DNA of 64,000 nucleotides from an uncultured Rhodobacterales bacterium (GTDB lineage Bacteria; Pseudomonadota; Alphaproteobacteria; Rhodobacterales; Rhodobacteraceae): NCBI GenBank assembly GCA_964632495.1, contig CAZWDS010000001.1, positions 21,318 to 85,317 of the forward strand, read 5' to 3'. Shown piece by piece: positions 63,585 to 64,000 of this stretch (position 1 is its first letter; each line of letters starts with the position of its first letter). The notes under the pieces were generated by a model. It saw only the letters and a program-made list of their open reading frames with translations, ran no database searches and was not told where the DNA came from. The position numbers and the translations under genes were made by a program.

Positions 63585-64000
63585 ATGGGTTTCTCCGCCT
63601 CGGGCATACTTTCAGACACGGATGCAACAGACCGTTTAGGCAGATCGCTTGCCCGGCGCCTTCAGCCGAGCGATGTGGTTTTGCTTTCGGGTCAGATCGG
63701 GACCGGTAAAACCCATTTAGCCCGTGCGATCATCCGCGCGCTTTTTGCGGAACATGGCCTTGATCAAGTTGATATCCCCTCGCCCAGCTACACCCTTGTT
63801 CAAACCTACGATCTTCCAAACTGTTCGGTGTGGCATGCGGATCTTTACAGGCTTGGCGATCCGTCCGAAATTGCCGAGCTTGGGCTGGACGCCGCATTCG
63901 AAGCCAACATTTCGCTGGTAGAATGGCCTGAGCTTTTAGAAACCCCGCCATCCACGGCACTGCGAATTGCGTTAGATGTTAAGGATACTGGTCGGCGCGT
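63585..64000 (+). CDS. tsaE: TsaE, t6A biosynthesis ATPase (3' end outside the window)
   Basis: Frame read manually; it is not in the ORF track because it runs off the window. MGFSASGILSDTDATDRLGRSLARRLQPSDVVLLSGQIGTGKTHLARAII...SPSYTLVQTY...HADLYRL...VEWPE. Confidence 0.85.
   Translation, partial: MGFSASGILSDTDATDRLGRSLARRLQPSDVVLLSGQIGTGKTHLARAIIRALFAEHGLDQVDIPSPSYTLVQTYDLPNCSVWHADLYRLGDPSEIAELGLDAAFEANISLVEWPELLETPPSTALRIALDVKDTGRR

Noticed and set aside
1-64000. Search for CRISPR arrays, IS elements/transposases, integrases, prophage or toxin-antitoxin/defence gene signatures, and rRNA
   Set aside because: No regularly spaced direct repeats were seen, and no DDE/tyrosine-recombinase-like ORFs. 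No small paired ORFs typical of TA modules and no rRNA-like conserved stretches were seen either. The only tandem repeats are the intragenic ones in the giant gene. This inspection was visual only, so short or degenerate elements could have been missed.

Overview
This 64-kb chromosomal segment reads like a marine alphaproteobacterium of the Rhodobacterales (roseobacter) type. That assignment is an inference from gene content: an alpha-type flagellar cluster with split motA/motB plus MotE, regB-senC-regA close to ahcY, and a Mic60-like/HemY/HemD cluster. Hand counts put coding G+C in the mid-to-upper 50s percent.

Layout:
- 1-20.9 kb: flagellar supercluster. It holds flgA'-flgH-fliL-like, a ~10-kb minus-strand operon (fliL-orf130-motE-motA-orf762-slt-flhA-fliR-flhB-orf141), fliF-fliH-like-fliN-fliP, and motB plus flgE-flgK-flgL-flgI.
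- 21-27 kb: IlvD/Edd dehydratase, malonate genes matB/matA with a GntR regulator, and an AhpD-like protein.
- 27.7-32.3 kb: one giant orphan gene (1559 aa) with the architecture PA14-like, two RTX-LamG modules, then a polyanionic tail.
- 32.4-35.5 kb: tungstate-type ABC uptake genes with an HTH-PBP regulator.
- 35.5-39.4 kb: a phytochrome-like PAS-GAF-only protein upstream of a translationally coupled GT2/GT-C glycosyltransferase pair.
- 39.5-48.4 kb: a coupled beta-hydroxylase-family cupin and threonine aldolase, a DMGDH-like enzyme, a lone Fe3+-type ABC permease, and an aromatic-type mini-operon.
- 48.5-64 kb: tRNA-Thr(CGU), hemY/Mic60-like/hemD, tsaD, gpsA, EVE, DUF2853, glycerate kinase, ahcY, HD hydrolase, regA-senC-regB, a PAS-only protein and tsaE'.

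I found no CRISPR array, IS/transposase, integrase or rRNA.

Best candidates for undescribed biology:
1. The orphan giant RTX/LamG protein with a poly-Glu microsatellite tail.
2. The chromophore-pocket-degenerate, output-less phytochrome module sitting on a polyprenyl-sugar glycosylation pair.
3. The uncharacterised secreted 762-aa protein and small membrane proteins embedded in the motA-flhA operon.

All family calls come from reading motifs by eye. No database search was possible.
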